A DNA stretch of 64,000 nt from Mantamonas sphyraenae STR306. Lineage: Eukaryota; Protista; CRuMs. Within the stretch, counting starts at the first letter, position 1. Each line of letters begins with the position of its first letter. The notes beneath the pieces are model-generated. The model was given only the letters and a program-made list of their open reading frames with translations. It was not told where the DNA came from and ran no database searches. Shown piece by piece: positions 12,023-23,513 of the stretch. The stretch covers positions 136,138 to 200,137 of the forward strand of contig JAPMXV010000040.1 in the NCBI GenBank assembly GCA_026936335.1, given 5' to 3'. Both the position numbers and the translations under genes were made by a program.

Positions 12023-12465
12023 GGTGATGTGCAATTGTGGTTCCTAACAGCACGCTACGGGGGTGTCCTTCTTTTTGATGTGGTGAGGGGTGCGCAATGG
12101 GAGGGGTTTCTTGTGGAAGTTTTTTTGGGCGGCCTGACCAAAAGCTGCCGGAAAACTCAGGAAGTTGACGGCCGCATGGACGGGAAAAGAGTGATGCAAA
12201 CGGTGCGGAAATTGATGCAAGACATACCTGGGGATGCATGGGAACGTGGGGAAACATGGAAGGGGGTGAGAGAAGGCGCAGTGAGCGTGAGGAACGATTC
12301 CTGAGAGGGCAATCTGTGGGGACGGGAACAGAGGCGGGAAAGAGAGCGACACGCAGTGGGAAGTTGCGCAAATGGAGTGCCAAGGACCAAAAGGGCACGG
12401 AGGTCGTGCAAGGTAGGTGGAGAAGGGGCAGGCAAAGGTGTGTGGAAGGCCGGTTGCATTTTTTC

Positions 12466-14245
12466 TCACTCGGCCTTGCCCGCCTGGAGCTTTTCATATT
12501 TCTCGCGGGCCGTGTGTGGCGACGGGGTGGGCAGGTTGTCCACCTTGTCGAGGGCGGCAGCGTAGCGCTTGTAGGTTTCGTAGTTGCGCATCTGGATCTG
12601 CCAGCTGGTGTCCATTCGGTACTCGATCCCGTTCTCCTTGGCCCATTTTTGGACGATGGGGCGGAGGGACGGGTAGTAGTAGCGGGGGATGGTGGGGAAC
12701 AGGTGGTGCTCCAGTTGGTACTGCATGCCACCCCACAGGTACTCATCGATGGGGTTGTGTGTCTGCACGTCGCGTGTGGTGCGGAACTGGTCTTGGACAA
12801 AGGCGAAGCTGACTTCCTCCAGAAGCTCCTCGCTCTGGTGGGTGACCGTCACAATGATGGCGACACCGTATCCGGAAAGCAGAATGGAGCCGAGGGCAAC
12901 CTTCCAAGGCAGCATGAGCATCCAGGCGCTGTTTGCGCTCATCAGGAAGAGCTCGAGGTAGTTGTTGGTGGCGAGTGCAAACTGCCACGATTGGATGCGC
13001 CACGAGACGTAGAGGAAGGAGAAGACCTGCAGAAGAGGGCACGAGAGGGGGAAAGGGGGGAGGGTGGGGGTGTTAGACAGAGGCAGATCGGGTGAAGGTG
13101 CGAGAGGCAAGGGAGGCGGTGCAAGAGAAGGGCACACGTACAAAGTTGTAGTAAACGTGCTGGAAACGACGGAACCAGACATCCTCGCTTTCACGGGGCA
13201 GCCACAGGTGCAGGATCTTGTCGTTCTTGAGGTCGTCGTCGTAGAGGAGCGAGTTTGTAAGAACGTGGTGGGTGTTGTGCTTGCGCTCCCACCAGCCACG
13301 GGAGAAGCTGGGCAGGAAGGCGAGGGCATAGCCAAGGATAAGGCTGCCCTTGCCCCGGCCATGGATGTAGTCATGGGCGGTCCAGCCAGCCTGCTGCTGG
13401 GCAAGGCCGAGGAGAAGCAGGGCCCACCAGGGATGGGACCAAGCAAGATAGGTGCCCAGGATGGCCATGGCATAGATGTGGCCGACATTGAGGATGTCCA
13501 CAAGCCAGTTGCGCTCAAACCAGCCCTGTTGAGTGGTGGGCAGAGGGCCAACAGGTGGCAGGGGAGGAGGGTCAGCAAGGGAGCCACACATGCGAGCGAA
13601 GTGCAGCTCGAGAAGGGTCGATGCGCATGTTCCGTGTGCGCTAGACCCCGGAGGGGAGACTGGCACCACACAAAGGAAAGGCAAGGGCAATGAGGAGGCG
13701 TGGGGCACAGGATGTGGGAGTTGCAGGCCATGTGTGACGCGCAGGGAGGGAGCAAGGTGGGAAACGGCCCGGCGGACAAAAGAAAGGGGCCTGCGGCAGG
13801 ATTGTTCCAGCACGTACGTCCTTTTCCAGCTGCACACGCAGCTTGCGGAAGCTCTTTTCCACGCTGCCGGACTCGGGCAGGGCCAGAGCAGCAGCAGGCA
13901 GGTCCTCGTCGGCCACAATCTTCATGCCCGCGAGCTTTTCGCGCGCATCCATCGAGTGGAGCGAATAGAAGGCGTCCGTGGCGTCCTGCAAATGCCAGCG
14001 CTCAATGCTCTCTGCGAGGGGCGGGGTGGATGTAAGCACGAGCACAACATGGACAGATGTGTGGCGCAGTCATGCAAGGTGATGACGGTGTACATGCAGC
14101 GGTGTACAAGGTGCACAGCGTGGCGAAAGGGCAAACACGTACCAGCACCGCCGGGATGCGCAGCAACCCAGTATTTGCAGTCGTACCAGTTGCCGTCGAT
14201 ACGGATAAGCACAGACTTTTTCGCGTCAAATGTGTTCTTGGTCAT
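12466..14245 (-). CDS. Cytochrome b5-fusion front-end fatty acid desaturase, paralog 1 (4 exons)
   Basis: HPGG heme motif; His boxes HDYIH, HNTHH, QLEHH; three GT-AG introns. Confidence 0.92.
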
Positions 14246-14311
14246 GATGGGTGGAATAAGCGTGTGGGGGTGTTGGGCAAAATGCAAGTGTTTCTTGATG
14301 GATGCCGTGCT

Positions 14312-16936
14312 TCAGCCCGCGTGAGCCAGGACGCGCGCGTACAAACGCATGCGCTCGTCGTCGGATTGATCGCCGTGGCGTTCCTGGCCCTGAATGTCGA
14401 AACTAAGGCACATCCATCGCTCGGCTTCGGCCCAGCGTTCGAAAAGAACACATCGCAGGGCGAGATTCCAAGCCGTGCCGGCAAGCCAGCGCAGCTGCAG
14501 GTCTGCGTCAGCTCGCAGTTGTGGCGACTCGTTGAGGGCCGCCATTTCGTCACGTGCGTCGCAAAACCCGGGCCACAACTGCTCTGTGCTGGCCTGGTCG
14601 AGCTGGGCGGCCAGGGAGAGAACGAGCAGGTGAAGACGATCCAGAGGCGAATCATCCATGGCAGCACGCATGTGGTCCACAAGCAGCTGGTGGACGACAC
14701 CTGTCCGCTTGTACTCTGTGCAAAGAGCATGCATGCCTTGCCAGCAATCTGTCCGGCGACTGGGCGTGGGAATGTGCGCCACGTCGTCCAGTACCTTGCG
14801 CAGGTCGTGTTCGGGGCCGTTGAGCAGCAGGACGCATTCGAAACGCATCAACAAGACGTCTGTATGCTCGTGGTGTTGCTTGCCGACGTCGCACTGGAGC
14901 AGCTGAGCCTGCAGCTGATCCACCGCGGATGGATCCGCACCACCATGCCGCAGATCGTCCATTTGCACGTGCAACAGCATGACCAAACTCTTTCGCGCAG
15001 AGGCATGGTCGCCACAGAGCAGGCTGAGATCCTGGGAACAGCTGAGCAGGTCGACCGCGTCCTGAACGTTTGACGCGGCACGGCTGATGTTCCACAATGC
15101 ATCTGCCATCCACTTGAGAACTGAGTTGTCACTTGACGAGGCTTCCAGGCGTGCAATAGAGTCTTGAGCACAGTGGGCAAGGAGAGAGTAGTCCAGCAGC
15201 AGCGTGGACGTGTCGGGGACGCGAACCCACGCCTGAAGGAGACAGTGGAGACGATCCAGTGCCTGTGTGGCGTCGGCTTGCAAGGACAACTGCAGCGCAC
15301 GGATTGCCACATGCAGTGAATTGCTGCGCAGAGCGGAGTGGACAATGCGGGCAAGGCAGACGGGATCGTAGGAAGGAGCTTGACTCAAGCGTCGAAGCAG
15401 ATCGAGCAGCATCGTGTGGTCGTGCTCGTCGTCCTGATCATGCTCAGCCGCACCCAAGTGTGCCAGGAGTGCCATGTAAAGAGCATGGGCGTCTTCCTCG
15501 TCTTCATCTCCATTGGACGGCTGATTCAGCAGGACATTGGCGCATTCGAGGGCGTCGTTCCAGTGTTGCAGGGCAAGGAGGCCCTGCATGCAGCCAAGCC
15601 GAGCCATGTGTTGCAAATGAGGGTAGTGGCCTTCACCCAAAAGGTGACTGAGCATCTGGTACCACTTGAGGCCCTGGTCGTGGTGTGTGCGCTGGTAGCA
15701 ACGGCTCGCGTGGGCCGAAGCGATGGATGCGAGCTGGTGCATCTGCTCAGCCTCCAGGCGCAGCGTGCCGTCCATGTGTCCTGCACCGCAGGCGCTCATG
15801 CACTGTACGGCCTCCATGTCCATATCGCGTTGCAAGAAGCAGGCCATGGCGCGGAGCAGCAGGGCTTCGTCGCGGTCCACAAGCTCCTGCAACCGCTCAC
15901 GAAGCGTGTCGTTGTCCAGATGGTGCATGTTCTGCTCAACGACATGCATGCAGGGCGTGGCATCCCACGGGAGGCCTTGCAGGGACCCACAGGCAACACT
16001 TTGCAGGAGTTGCTGAGCTTCGTCGTGTCCATCGGTGTGCAGAAAGAGCAGTTGGATGAGGTACGCCACATGTGTGTATGTGGATTGCAGACGCACGCAT
16101 TCGCGTGCGTTTGATACGGCCAGCTGCCACAGGTCCTGTGCCTGCTGGCATTGGCTCAACAGTCTTCGTGCGAGCGCATCCGAGCGCCGCTCCATGTCCA
16201 CGTTTGCATCCAGGCCTGCCTGAAGAAAGTCGGCGCTGACCTTGTATTCGCCTTTGTCGTGCAGGTGCTGACCTGTGCTGTACAGCTGGTCGACGAGAGC
16301 GCGACGCATGGCAGAGACGGCTGGAGCTTCATGCGCCTCGCGTCTTTGGAGCAGCTCCTCGCTGGCGTCATGGAGTGCATTGAGGGCTTGTTGTGTGGAT
16401 GTGGCGGCGCCCACTTGGATGGCGAGGCGGTGAAAGGCAAAATCCTGCTTGTCAGGATCGCGCGGTTTTGTTTCTGCCAGCCATTGTGATCGCACGTCCC
16501 GTGCGTCTTGCAGAGCGTGCACAGCGTCATCATGCTGATCAGAGCGCACACAGAGGGTGCCATATTGAATGTGAAAGTGCAGAATCTGGGCGAGGTGGCT
16601 GGGTGAGTGACGCGCTGGTTTGCTCGAATTGCGGTCGATTCCCGAAAGGGCGAGACGTCCCAGCGTGCATGCAGCACGCCGCAAAGCGAGCATAGCAGCT
16701 GCGTTGGATGGAAGGGACGAAGTGGAAGAGGAGGATGCAGACTGCGCACTGGACAGGCTGGACAGGCGAACGCTGCAATTCCAGGCTCGGCCTGCAGCAC
16801 GGTACAGCTTGTTGTGGCCAAACGACGAGCTGTTGTCGTCCATGGCATCTTGCAGGGCCTGCAGCTGGGTCTCTGTGGGCACCATCTCCTTTTGGATGTG
16901 TGCTTCAATGCGCTGCAGTGCAGTGTCGAGGGACAT
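14312..16936 (-). CDS. ZIP4: Meiotic TPR protein ZIP4/SPO22/TEX11-like
   Basis: All-helical TPR-like 874-aa ORF. Segments LYSTGQHLHDKGEYKVSADFL, LKWMADALWN and LRWLAGTAWNLALRC..ERWAEAERWMCLS resemble conserved TEX11/Spo22 blocks. Confidence 0.7.
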   Translation of the reverse strand: MSLDTALQRIEAHIQKEMVPTETQLQALQDAMDDNSSSFGHNKLYRAAGRAWNCSVRLSSLSSAQSASSSSTSSLPSNAAAMLALRRAACTLGRLALSGIDRNSSKPARHSPSHLAQILHFHIQYGTLCVRSDQHDDAVHALQDARDVRSQWLAETKPRDPDKQDFAFHRLAIQVGAATSTQQALNALHDASEELLQRREAHEAPAVSAMRRALVDQLYSTGQHLHDKGEYKVSADFLQAGLDANVDMERRSDALARRLLSQCQQAQDLWQLAVSNARECVRLQSTYTHVAYLIQLLFLHTDGHDEAQQLLQSVACGSLQGLPWDATPCMHVVEQNMHHLDNDTLRERLQELVDRDEALLLRAMACFLQRDMDMEAVQCMSACGAGHMDGTLRLEAEQMHQLASIASAHASRCYQRTHHDQGLKWYQMLSHLLGEGHYPHLQHMARLGCMQGLLALQHWNDALECANVLLNQPSNGDEDEEDAHALYMALLAHLGAAEHDQDDEHDHTMLLDLLRRLSQAPSYDPVCLARIVHSALRSNSLHVAIRALQLSLQADATQALDRLHCLLQAWVRVPDTSTLLLDYSLLAHCAQDSIARLEASSSDNSVLKWMADALWNISRAASNVQDAVDLLSCSQDLSLLCGDHASARKSLVMLLHVQMDDLRHGGADPSAVDQLQAQLLQCDVGKQHHEHTDVLLMRFECVLLLNGPEHDLRKVLDDVAHIPTPSRRTDCWQGMHALCTEYKRTGVVHQLLVDHMRAAMDDSPLDRLHLLVLSLAAQLDQASTEQLWPGFCDARDEMAALNESPQLRADADLQLRWLAGTAWNLALRCVLFERWAEAERWMCLSFDIQGQERHGDQSDDERMRLYARVLAHAG

Positions 16937-17070
16937 GGATGGGCAGGATTGAAAGGGTTGCTTTTCATTCGCCAGCGCTCGCTCGGCATGTCCAGTCGGT
17001 TACGGTGCAGGGCAGCCACGTGGGCGACAAATGATTGAGGGATCTTGACAGGGATGGTGAGCCAGCGACG

Positions 17071-18815
17071 TCACTCAGCCTTGCCAGCCGCGAGTTTGAG
17101 GAACTTTTCGCGGGCAGTGTGGGGCGACGGGGTGGGCTTGACGTCGATCATGTCGATGACAGCAGCGTTGCGCTTGTACGTGTTGTAGTTGCGCACCTGG
17201 ATCTCCCAGCTGGTGTCCATGCGGTAGTCGAGGCCGTTCTCCTTGGCCCACGCCTGGATGATGGGTCGCAGAGACGGGTAGTAGTAGCGGGGCATGGTTG
17301 GGAACAGGTGGTGCTCCAGCTGATACTGCATGCCGCCCCACATGTACTCGTCGATGGGGTTGTGTGTCTGCACGTCGCGTGTGGTGTTGAACTGGTTGGT
17401 TGCAAAGTCAAAGTCGACACCCTCCACGAGCTCCTCGCTCTGGTGGGTGGCCGTCACCACAATGGCCACAGCGTAGCCCGAGAGCAGAATGGAACCGATG
17501 GCCACCTTCCAGGGCAACATGAGCATCCAAGCGGTGTTGGAGGCCATCAGGACGAGCTCGAGGTAGTTGTTGGTTGTCAGTGCGTGTTGCCATGACTGGA
17601 TGCGCCACGAGACGTAGAGGAAGGAGAAGACCTGTGGTTGGGTTGGGCGGGTTTGCGGGAGGTTAGAAGAAGAAGAAAAGAGAGCAGGGAGCAGGGAGCA
17701 GGGAGCAGGGAGCAGGGAGCAGGGAGCAGGGAGCAGGGAGCAGGGAGCAGGGAGCAGGGAGCAGGGAGCAGGGAGCAGGGAGCGGGGAGCACGTACAAAG
17801 TTGTAGTAGATGTGCTGGAAGCGACGGAACCAGACATCCTCGCTCAGGCGTGGCAGCCACAGGTGCAGGATCTTGTCGTTCTTGAGGTCGTCGTCGTAGA
17901 CGAGAGAGTTTGTGAGGGCATGGTGGGTGTTGTGCTTGCGCTCCCACCAGCCACGGGAGAAGCAGGGGATGGTGGAAAGGGCGTAGCCAAGGAAGTAGGC
18001 CACCTTGCCACGGCCATGGATGTAGTCATGGCCCACCCAAGCGGCCTGCTGTTGGGCAAGGCCAAGGACGAGGGTGGCCCACCAGGGATGGGACCAAGCG
18101 AGATAGGTGCCAAAAACAGCCAGCACGTACACGTGGATCACCGTCAGCACGTCGATCAACCACATGCGCTCAAACCAGCCCTGCGAGGAGAGGTGCCCGG
18201 AAGTAGGACGCGCCGTGGCGGTGTGAGTGGCCGGTGGGAAGGGAAACTCACGGCGGGAGCCAAAAAGCGCAGTAACGAAAAATCCACGTCATGGATCCTT
18301 CCCGAACTCTGCACACGGCGTGTACAGGTGCGTGCGTGGCCCTTTTTACGACCACACGTACCTGTTGTTCCAGCTGGGAGCGCAGAGTGCGGAAGTTCTT
18401 CTCGGCAGCCGGCATCTCGGGCAGCGCCAGCGCAGCAGCCGGCAGCTTCTCCTTGGGCACCTCGGGCATGCGAGCGAGCCGCTCGCGGGCCTCATCAGAA
18501 TGCAGGGCCAGAAACACATTGGTGGCGTCCTGCAGATGCCAACGCTCGATGCTCTCTGATGTACAATAGTACAGGAAACATGGGACACGTGTGCGTGAAA
18601 CGTGTAAGCAGCTCAATGCAGCGGTAGCGCGGCGTGCGTGTTTAGGAAGCGCTCATTTTTTGTTGATGTGAAGCACGACGCGGACCGCAGCACTCACCAG
18701 CGCCTCCCGGGTGCGAAGCAACCCAGTGCTTGCAGTCCACCCACTTGCCGTCGATGCGAATCAGCACAGGCTTCTTGGCATCGAATTTCGAGTCAGCGTT
18801 TGCCACGTCGCTCAT
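17071..18815 (-). CDS. Cytochrome b5-fusion front-end fatty acid desaturase, paralog 2 (4 exons)
   Basis: HPGG, HDYIH, HNTHH, QLEHH; same intron positions as 12466-14245 and highly similar exons. Confidence 0.92.
17682..17790. repeat. Intronic heptamer tandem repeat (GAGCAGG)x14 plus a degenerate unit
   Basis: 14 perfect units at 17682-17779, inside intron 3 of desaturase paralog 2. Confidence 0.97.
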
Positions 18816-18909
18816 TGCAGTGGACGAAAAGGTTTCTCTTTTGTGGTGGGAGGTCTGGCGTTCATTTCGCAGAATCCATTCAAGTGTGTTTGGATGCTGT
18901 GTGGAGCAG

Positions 18910-20070
18910 CTACGATTCCCTCTTGGCCTTCTTGCTCTTCTTGTCCTTCTTGTCCTTCTTGGCGCTCTTGTCCTTCTTGGCACTTTTTGCGCTTTTGTCC
19001 TTCTTGGCCTTCTTGGTCTTCTTGTCCTTCTTGTCCTTGGGTGTGGTCGACTCGCTGCCTGTGCTGGGCGCAGCCATTCGTGTGTTGGGTGCCTTGAGGG
19101 GCACCCCGCCCGGGCGCAACACGCGTGGGGTGGGCCCACTCCCCAGTGGCCTGTGGATGCTCTTGAGGTCGTCGATCTGCTGGACTGTCTTTTGAAGGCC
19201 CTCGATGCCTTCGTAGTCGACGGCTGGCACGTCGTAGGAGCGTGTGATTGTAAATTGGCGTGCAAAAGGAGGGCACACACTCAGCTGGCCTCGTTCGGCG
19301 TCTGGAAACAGATTCACAAGCTGGTTGGCTTCGTTGTTGTCGGGTGACACATACACAGAATACTTCTCCACGCCCCGTTTGGTTTCCAACTCAAAGCTGG
19401 CCGCTGTGCTGCTGGACTCGCTCAACTTGAAGCGGATTTTCTGGTCGTGAAGCAGCTGCGGGTGAAACTGTGCTCGTGGGCGTGTGTGTGTGAGGATTGG
19501 GGACAGCAGAAGCCTCTGTGTGGTGCACTGCACACATGTGCATGCCGCAAGTGATGTTCTGAGTGTGCAGATGGGCCTTGTCCATGGCGGCAGGCGTACC
19601 TTTTTCGGAGCGACCATGAGCCACAACTCCTTGCCGTCTGTGGATGACGACGACGACGACGACCCCCGGCCCAGCTGGGCAATGTCGTGCTTGCAATCTG
19701 TGTACTCCACCTCTACAAATCCCTCGGGCACGCGTTGTCTGTGTGTCCCGTGCCCCAGTGTCAGTGTCGGCGGGTGGCTGTGGCTGATGCATGTCCGCCA
19801 CCGCACCTCCCACTCCACGCCAGGATACGGCCTCGTGCGTGTTTGGGCACACACAATGTTGCAACGTAGGCATCCCTTTACTCGCCACCTCCCCATCTGC
19901 TGGGACCGAGTCCTTCCTGCAACGTACTCTGCTTCGACACGTGCTCTCTTGCTTGCCTGTCCTTCAGTCTGGTCCTCCTCGTCCAGAACATCGGCCCCCA
20001 ATTCCTGGTCATCCACGGATGACGAGCGTGACGACACGGACAGAGATCGCTTCCTCGACATGGTCGACAT
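18910..20070 (-). CDS. RPA34: RNA polymerase I subunit RPA34/PAF49-like (spliced)
   Basis: KELWLMVAPKK|FHPQLL motif, a basic N-terminus and a Lys-rich KKDK tail; exon boundaries approximate. Confidence 0.65.
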   Translation of the reverse strand: MSTMSRKRSLSVSSRSSSVDDQELGADVLDEEDQTEGQASKRARVEAEYVAGRTRSQQMGRWRVKGCLRCNIVCAQTRTRPYPGVEWEVRWRTCISHSHPPTLTLGHGTHRQRVPEGFVEVEYTDCKHDIAQLGRGSSSSSSSTDGKELWLMVAPKKVRLPPWTRPICTLRTSLAACTCVQCTTQRLLLSPILTHTRPRAQFHPQLLHDQKIRFKLSESSSTAASFELETKRGVEKYSVYVSPDNNEANQLVNLFPDAERGQLSVCPPFARQFTITRSYDVPAVDYEGIEGLQKTVQQIDDLKSIHRPLGSGPTPRVLRPGGVPLKAPNTRMAAPSTGSESTTPKDKKDKKTKKAKKDKSAKSAKKDKSAKKDKKDKKSKKAKRES

Positions 20071-20144
20071 GATGGCAATCCGACGAGTGAGTGACTTCTG
20101 CTGTTTGTGCTGCATTGTGGAGCGCCGTGCACACTGTTCATTGG

Positions 20145-20690
20145 TCATTTTCCACACCCGTCTGCCAATCCCCGTTCCAATGCGTCCAATTGATATTCCA
20201 GGACACGCACATTGTTCATACGCACCGCCTGCGCGTCGGCTACGTCCTGTTCGCTTCGCAGCGAGCGTAGCTGCTCGCTCAGGTCGCCCCGATGGCACCT
20301 ATCCTCCAGAGCTGCCAGGTAGTGGTACATACAATCGTCAAGAGCCGTCTTTGCCACGTCGTACTGATCGTACAGGTCGCTTTGCTGTTGAATAAACGCC
20401 TTTTGTTCGGCGGTTCCGCTCTTTCTGCGCCGGGCCAGCGCTGCGTCCACCTCGCCGTGCATGCGCAGAAGCATTTGGTGGCGACGCAACAGTTCGTAGT
20501 GTTGTTCATTCAACCCCTGAAGATCCAGCGCAGATGCTGCTTCGGTGCCCAGCAGCCGTCTGCGTCCACCTGAAGGTGGTTCCTCTTGCACCTTGTGTGC
20601 TGTGCGCACCCACAGCACACACAGCAAGCCCAGCAGCGCTGTAAGCACGACGGCTAACCTTGGTCCATTGCCAACGACGGTGTTGCGCAT
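20145..20690 (-). CDS. Hypothetical type II membrane/secreted coiled-coil protein (~181 aa)
   Basis: N-terminal hydrophobic segment LAVVLTALLGLLCVLWV, an RRRLL site, then a heptad-rich helical region. Confidence 0.6.
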   Translation of the reverse strand: MRNTVVGNGPRLAVVLTALLGLLCVLWVRTAHKVQEEPPSGGRRRLLGTEAASALDLQGLNEQHYELLRRHQMLLRMHGEVDAALARRRKSGTAEQKAFIQQQSDLYDQYDVAKTALDDCMYHYLAALEDRCHRGDLSEQLRSLRSEQDVADAQAVRMNNVRVLEYQLDALERGLADGCGK

Positions 20691-20763
20691 GCGTGGAATG
20701 CTGTGGCTCACCGGTGGCACGCACCCCATCCCCTCCACACGCCAACACAAGCATTTCCACACC

Positions 20764-21984
20764 ATGCATCCGGGTCTCGTCACCGGACTCCAGCTCCTGG
20801 GTCTCGTGGAAGCGGTACGTCAGCGCTTCGTGTGTGTGTGTGTGTGTGTGTGTGTGCTTGTTGTGGTCGCTTGCTAACACTCGTTTCCCCCCCCCCCCAC
20901 ATCTGCCTTTGCCCTCTGTGGTGGCCTCGTGTCTGTGATTGTCTTTTCCGTACCGCATGTGTGCAACCGCCCATTGTGGTGTGATCCGTGTGCCCTTCAG
21001 ATTGTCGGTGTGATGTATTTGATTGTGCCCGACGACCTGTTTGCCATGGTCATGGGCATTCTAGCCATTGTCCTCGGCATCGGGGCGATGTTTCTGCTTA
21101 CACGTGAGGCCGACTGGGCCAACAAGACGCTCGTGGGTACCCAGATTCCGTTCTGCTTGGCCAACGGGGCCCTGGGCATCTACTTGTACGAAACACAGGC
21201 CGAGTGCGTCAAGGCCAACTTTCTGCGCCAGGCGGCCGCCTCCTACGACTGCTCCCTGTGGGAGATTGTGGGCACCGCTGCCCTCGCCTGCATGCTGCCC
21301 GCTGTAAGTACAACCATGACGTGACCCCTTTGTTCCGTCCGGCCTGCCTGTGTCTCTACTCCGGCGCGCAAACCGCGCCCAGTGACTTTGAGAGGGAAAG
21401 GGGTGATCCGCGCCACCTTGGGGTTCGCCAACCGCCCGTCGATCCTTCGTGCACTGCGTTCCCCACCTCCCACTCCACTGCCTCCCCAAACCCTTGCCCT
21501 TACACAGCACTCCTCGTCTCCCGTCACCATCACTTGACTCTCTCACACCCCCTACCCAACCTTTTCCTCGGCGCAGGCAATTCTGGCTGGCGTGGTCGCT
21601 TGGAAAGGAGATGAGACTGGCGGTGGAGGCAGTGGCTGCTGCTCCATGCCTACTGTCAACATTCCCTCCAGGGGTGGTGGCGGAGGTGCACCTGCAAGCA
21701 AGAGCGCAGGCCGCTTTGGCAAGAAGAAAAAGGACACGGCCGAAGCAGCGCCTGCAAGCTCGCCTGCAGCTGGCGGCGGTGGATACAACCCGCCTGCAGC
21801 CCCGTCCAAGTCCATGTACGTTGCCCTCTACGACTATCAGGGCGATGCATCGCAGGGAGAACTGTCCTTCAGCGAGGGAGACCGCATCGAGCAGCTTGGC
21901 CCGCTCGACGGCAACGGCTGGTTCCAGGGCAAGTGCAAGGGTCGCCAGGGCCTGGTGCCATCCAACTACGTGCAAAAGTCGTGA
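20764..21984 (+). CDS. Four-TM membrane protein with C-terminal SH3 domain (exons 20764-20814, 21001-21303, 21577-21984)
   Basis: GTACGT and GTAAGT donors with CAG acceptors give an in-frame product. Four hydrophobic helices; SH3 motif ALYDYQG..ELSFSEGD...GWFQG..GLVPSNYV. Confidence 0.8.
20830..20856. repeat. (GT)n microsatellite, intronic
   Basis: Run of about 13 GT units. Confidence 0.9.
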
Positions 21985-22115
21985 CCGGGGAATGGGAATG
22001 TGGGAAAAGCAATGCAGGCTTTTTTTCGGCAGCTGCTGTGTGCAGGGGATGAGCACGAGGCGCATGCGTATGTGTGTGTGTGTGTGTGTTTGAGTGTGCT
22101 GCGTGTGCTGTGCGA

Positions 22116-23442
22116 TCACAGGTCACGCGACCCTGCTTGCAGACCACTTCCCAGGTTGCCACTTGCATCGTCGCCTGCCTCGAGACTGGCTTCGCGATCC
22201 TTGCGTTTCTGGTAGCGTTGCAGGACGCCCGGCAGGATGTGTGTGGCTGTATCTTCCAGTACGTCCGACACGTCCATGTTGTCCATGATGGAGCTGAGCA
22301 GGGGCGTCTGTGCAATCTCGCCTTCGTCCTTCTCGCTGTGATGCACAAACTCTTCCCACGGGAAGGCGTAGATGTGCGCCACAGCAATGAGCATCATTTC
22401 AAAGCAAATCATAAAGTCTTGCAGTCCCGTCTGCACGTCACTGGCCGTGTACGAGCCCACCTGGTGGATGACGTCGATTTTGGACAGACCGGACAGCACC
22501 ACTCCCTGCCAGAAAGAGAGAAAGAGCACTGCCTTGATGCAGGCAAACTTCCACAGGGGCGAATAGTCGTGCAGCAGGTGCTTCGTGGCCTTGTAAAAGA
22601 TCACCAGCGAGTACATGGCCCAGGTGATACTAATGTTGTCCAGGAAAGCCACATAGACCCAGCCCGAGGACCAGGCAAAGTGGCCCTCGTGGAAAACGCC
22701 TGCCAGCTCAAGTATGAGCGTCGTCACAGCAAGAATGGGCTTGACCAGCACAAACTGGAGGGCGCCGCGTCGGCAGGTACGGACAAACTCTGCGTCTGGG
22801 ATCATGGGTGACATACACCAGCCACAGGGAGGCGGGTGGTGCACAGGGTCTTCGTCACGCATCTTTTCCTCGACTCCTTTTTCCGAGCCGAGAAGGCACA
22901 CGAGCAGGCTGATGAAGCTGTACAGGGCCCACGATTCGTACGCGCCACGGATGGCGTCAATGTACACCGCCACGTCTTTGAAACGCAACGACAACCAACT
23001 ATCGATGGCATAGATCTGTGTTTGACGTGTGGCCCCGCACAAAGACGTGTGTGTCAGTGCCTGGGGCGCTGGGGCGGGAAACCACCGTATTTCGCAAATT
23101 ACCCGCGCTGCCCGTGTACGCACACCGCTCGCCACACACACACACAAGGCACAGACGGGGAGACAGACACCACGGGTGCCGAACGCATTGTCCATCACTT
23201 ACCGGAACCATGAGTAAAATGCGCACGACGTAGCGTTGTGCCCTTGGGTAAACCCAGTGTGTCAAGTGCTGGTAGATGAGCACGCAGCTGGGTCGCACAC
23301 GAAGGGTTAGCCAACATGCCCGCACACGCACACACACACACACGCTCTCTGAGGTGTCGACAACATACCTCACCACTACGGCCACCGAGCTGAACGATAA
23401 GCCGAGGTACCACGCAATGATGTGGCGTTCCACGTCGACCAT
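22116..23442 (-). CDS. TMEM184: TMEM184/OST-alpha family transporter (2 introns)
   Basis: Motifs IYQHL..W..P.AQRYVVRILLMVP|IYAIDSW, GALQFVLVKP, KFACIKAVLFLSFWQG, LQDFMICFEM...HIYAFP. Confidence 0.92.
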
Positions 23443-23513
23443 GGGAAACGCAGCAGGTTTTGTTGGTGGTGCTGGTGGGCATCGCGTCTTGACACACTCT
23501 CACTCACTCACAC

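Noticed and set aside
17682-17790. CRISPR-like array or coding PAPCSLL/REQGAGS repeats
   Set aside because: No spacers; a simple heptamer repeat inside a GT-AG intron.
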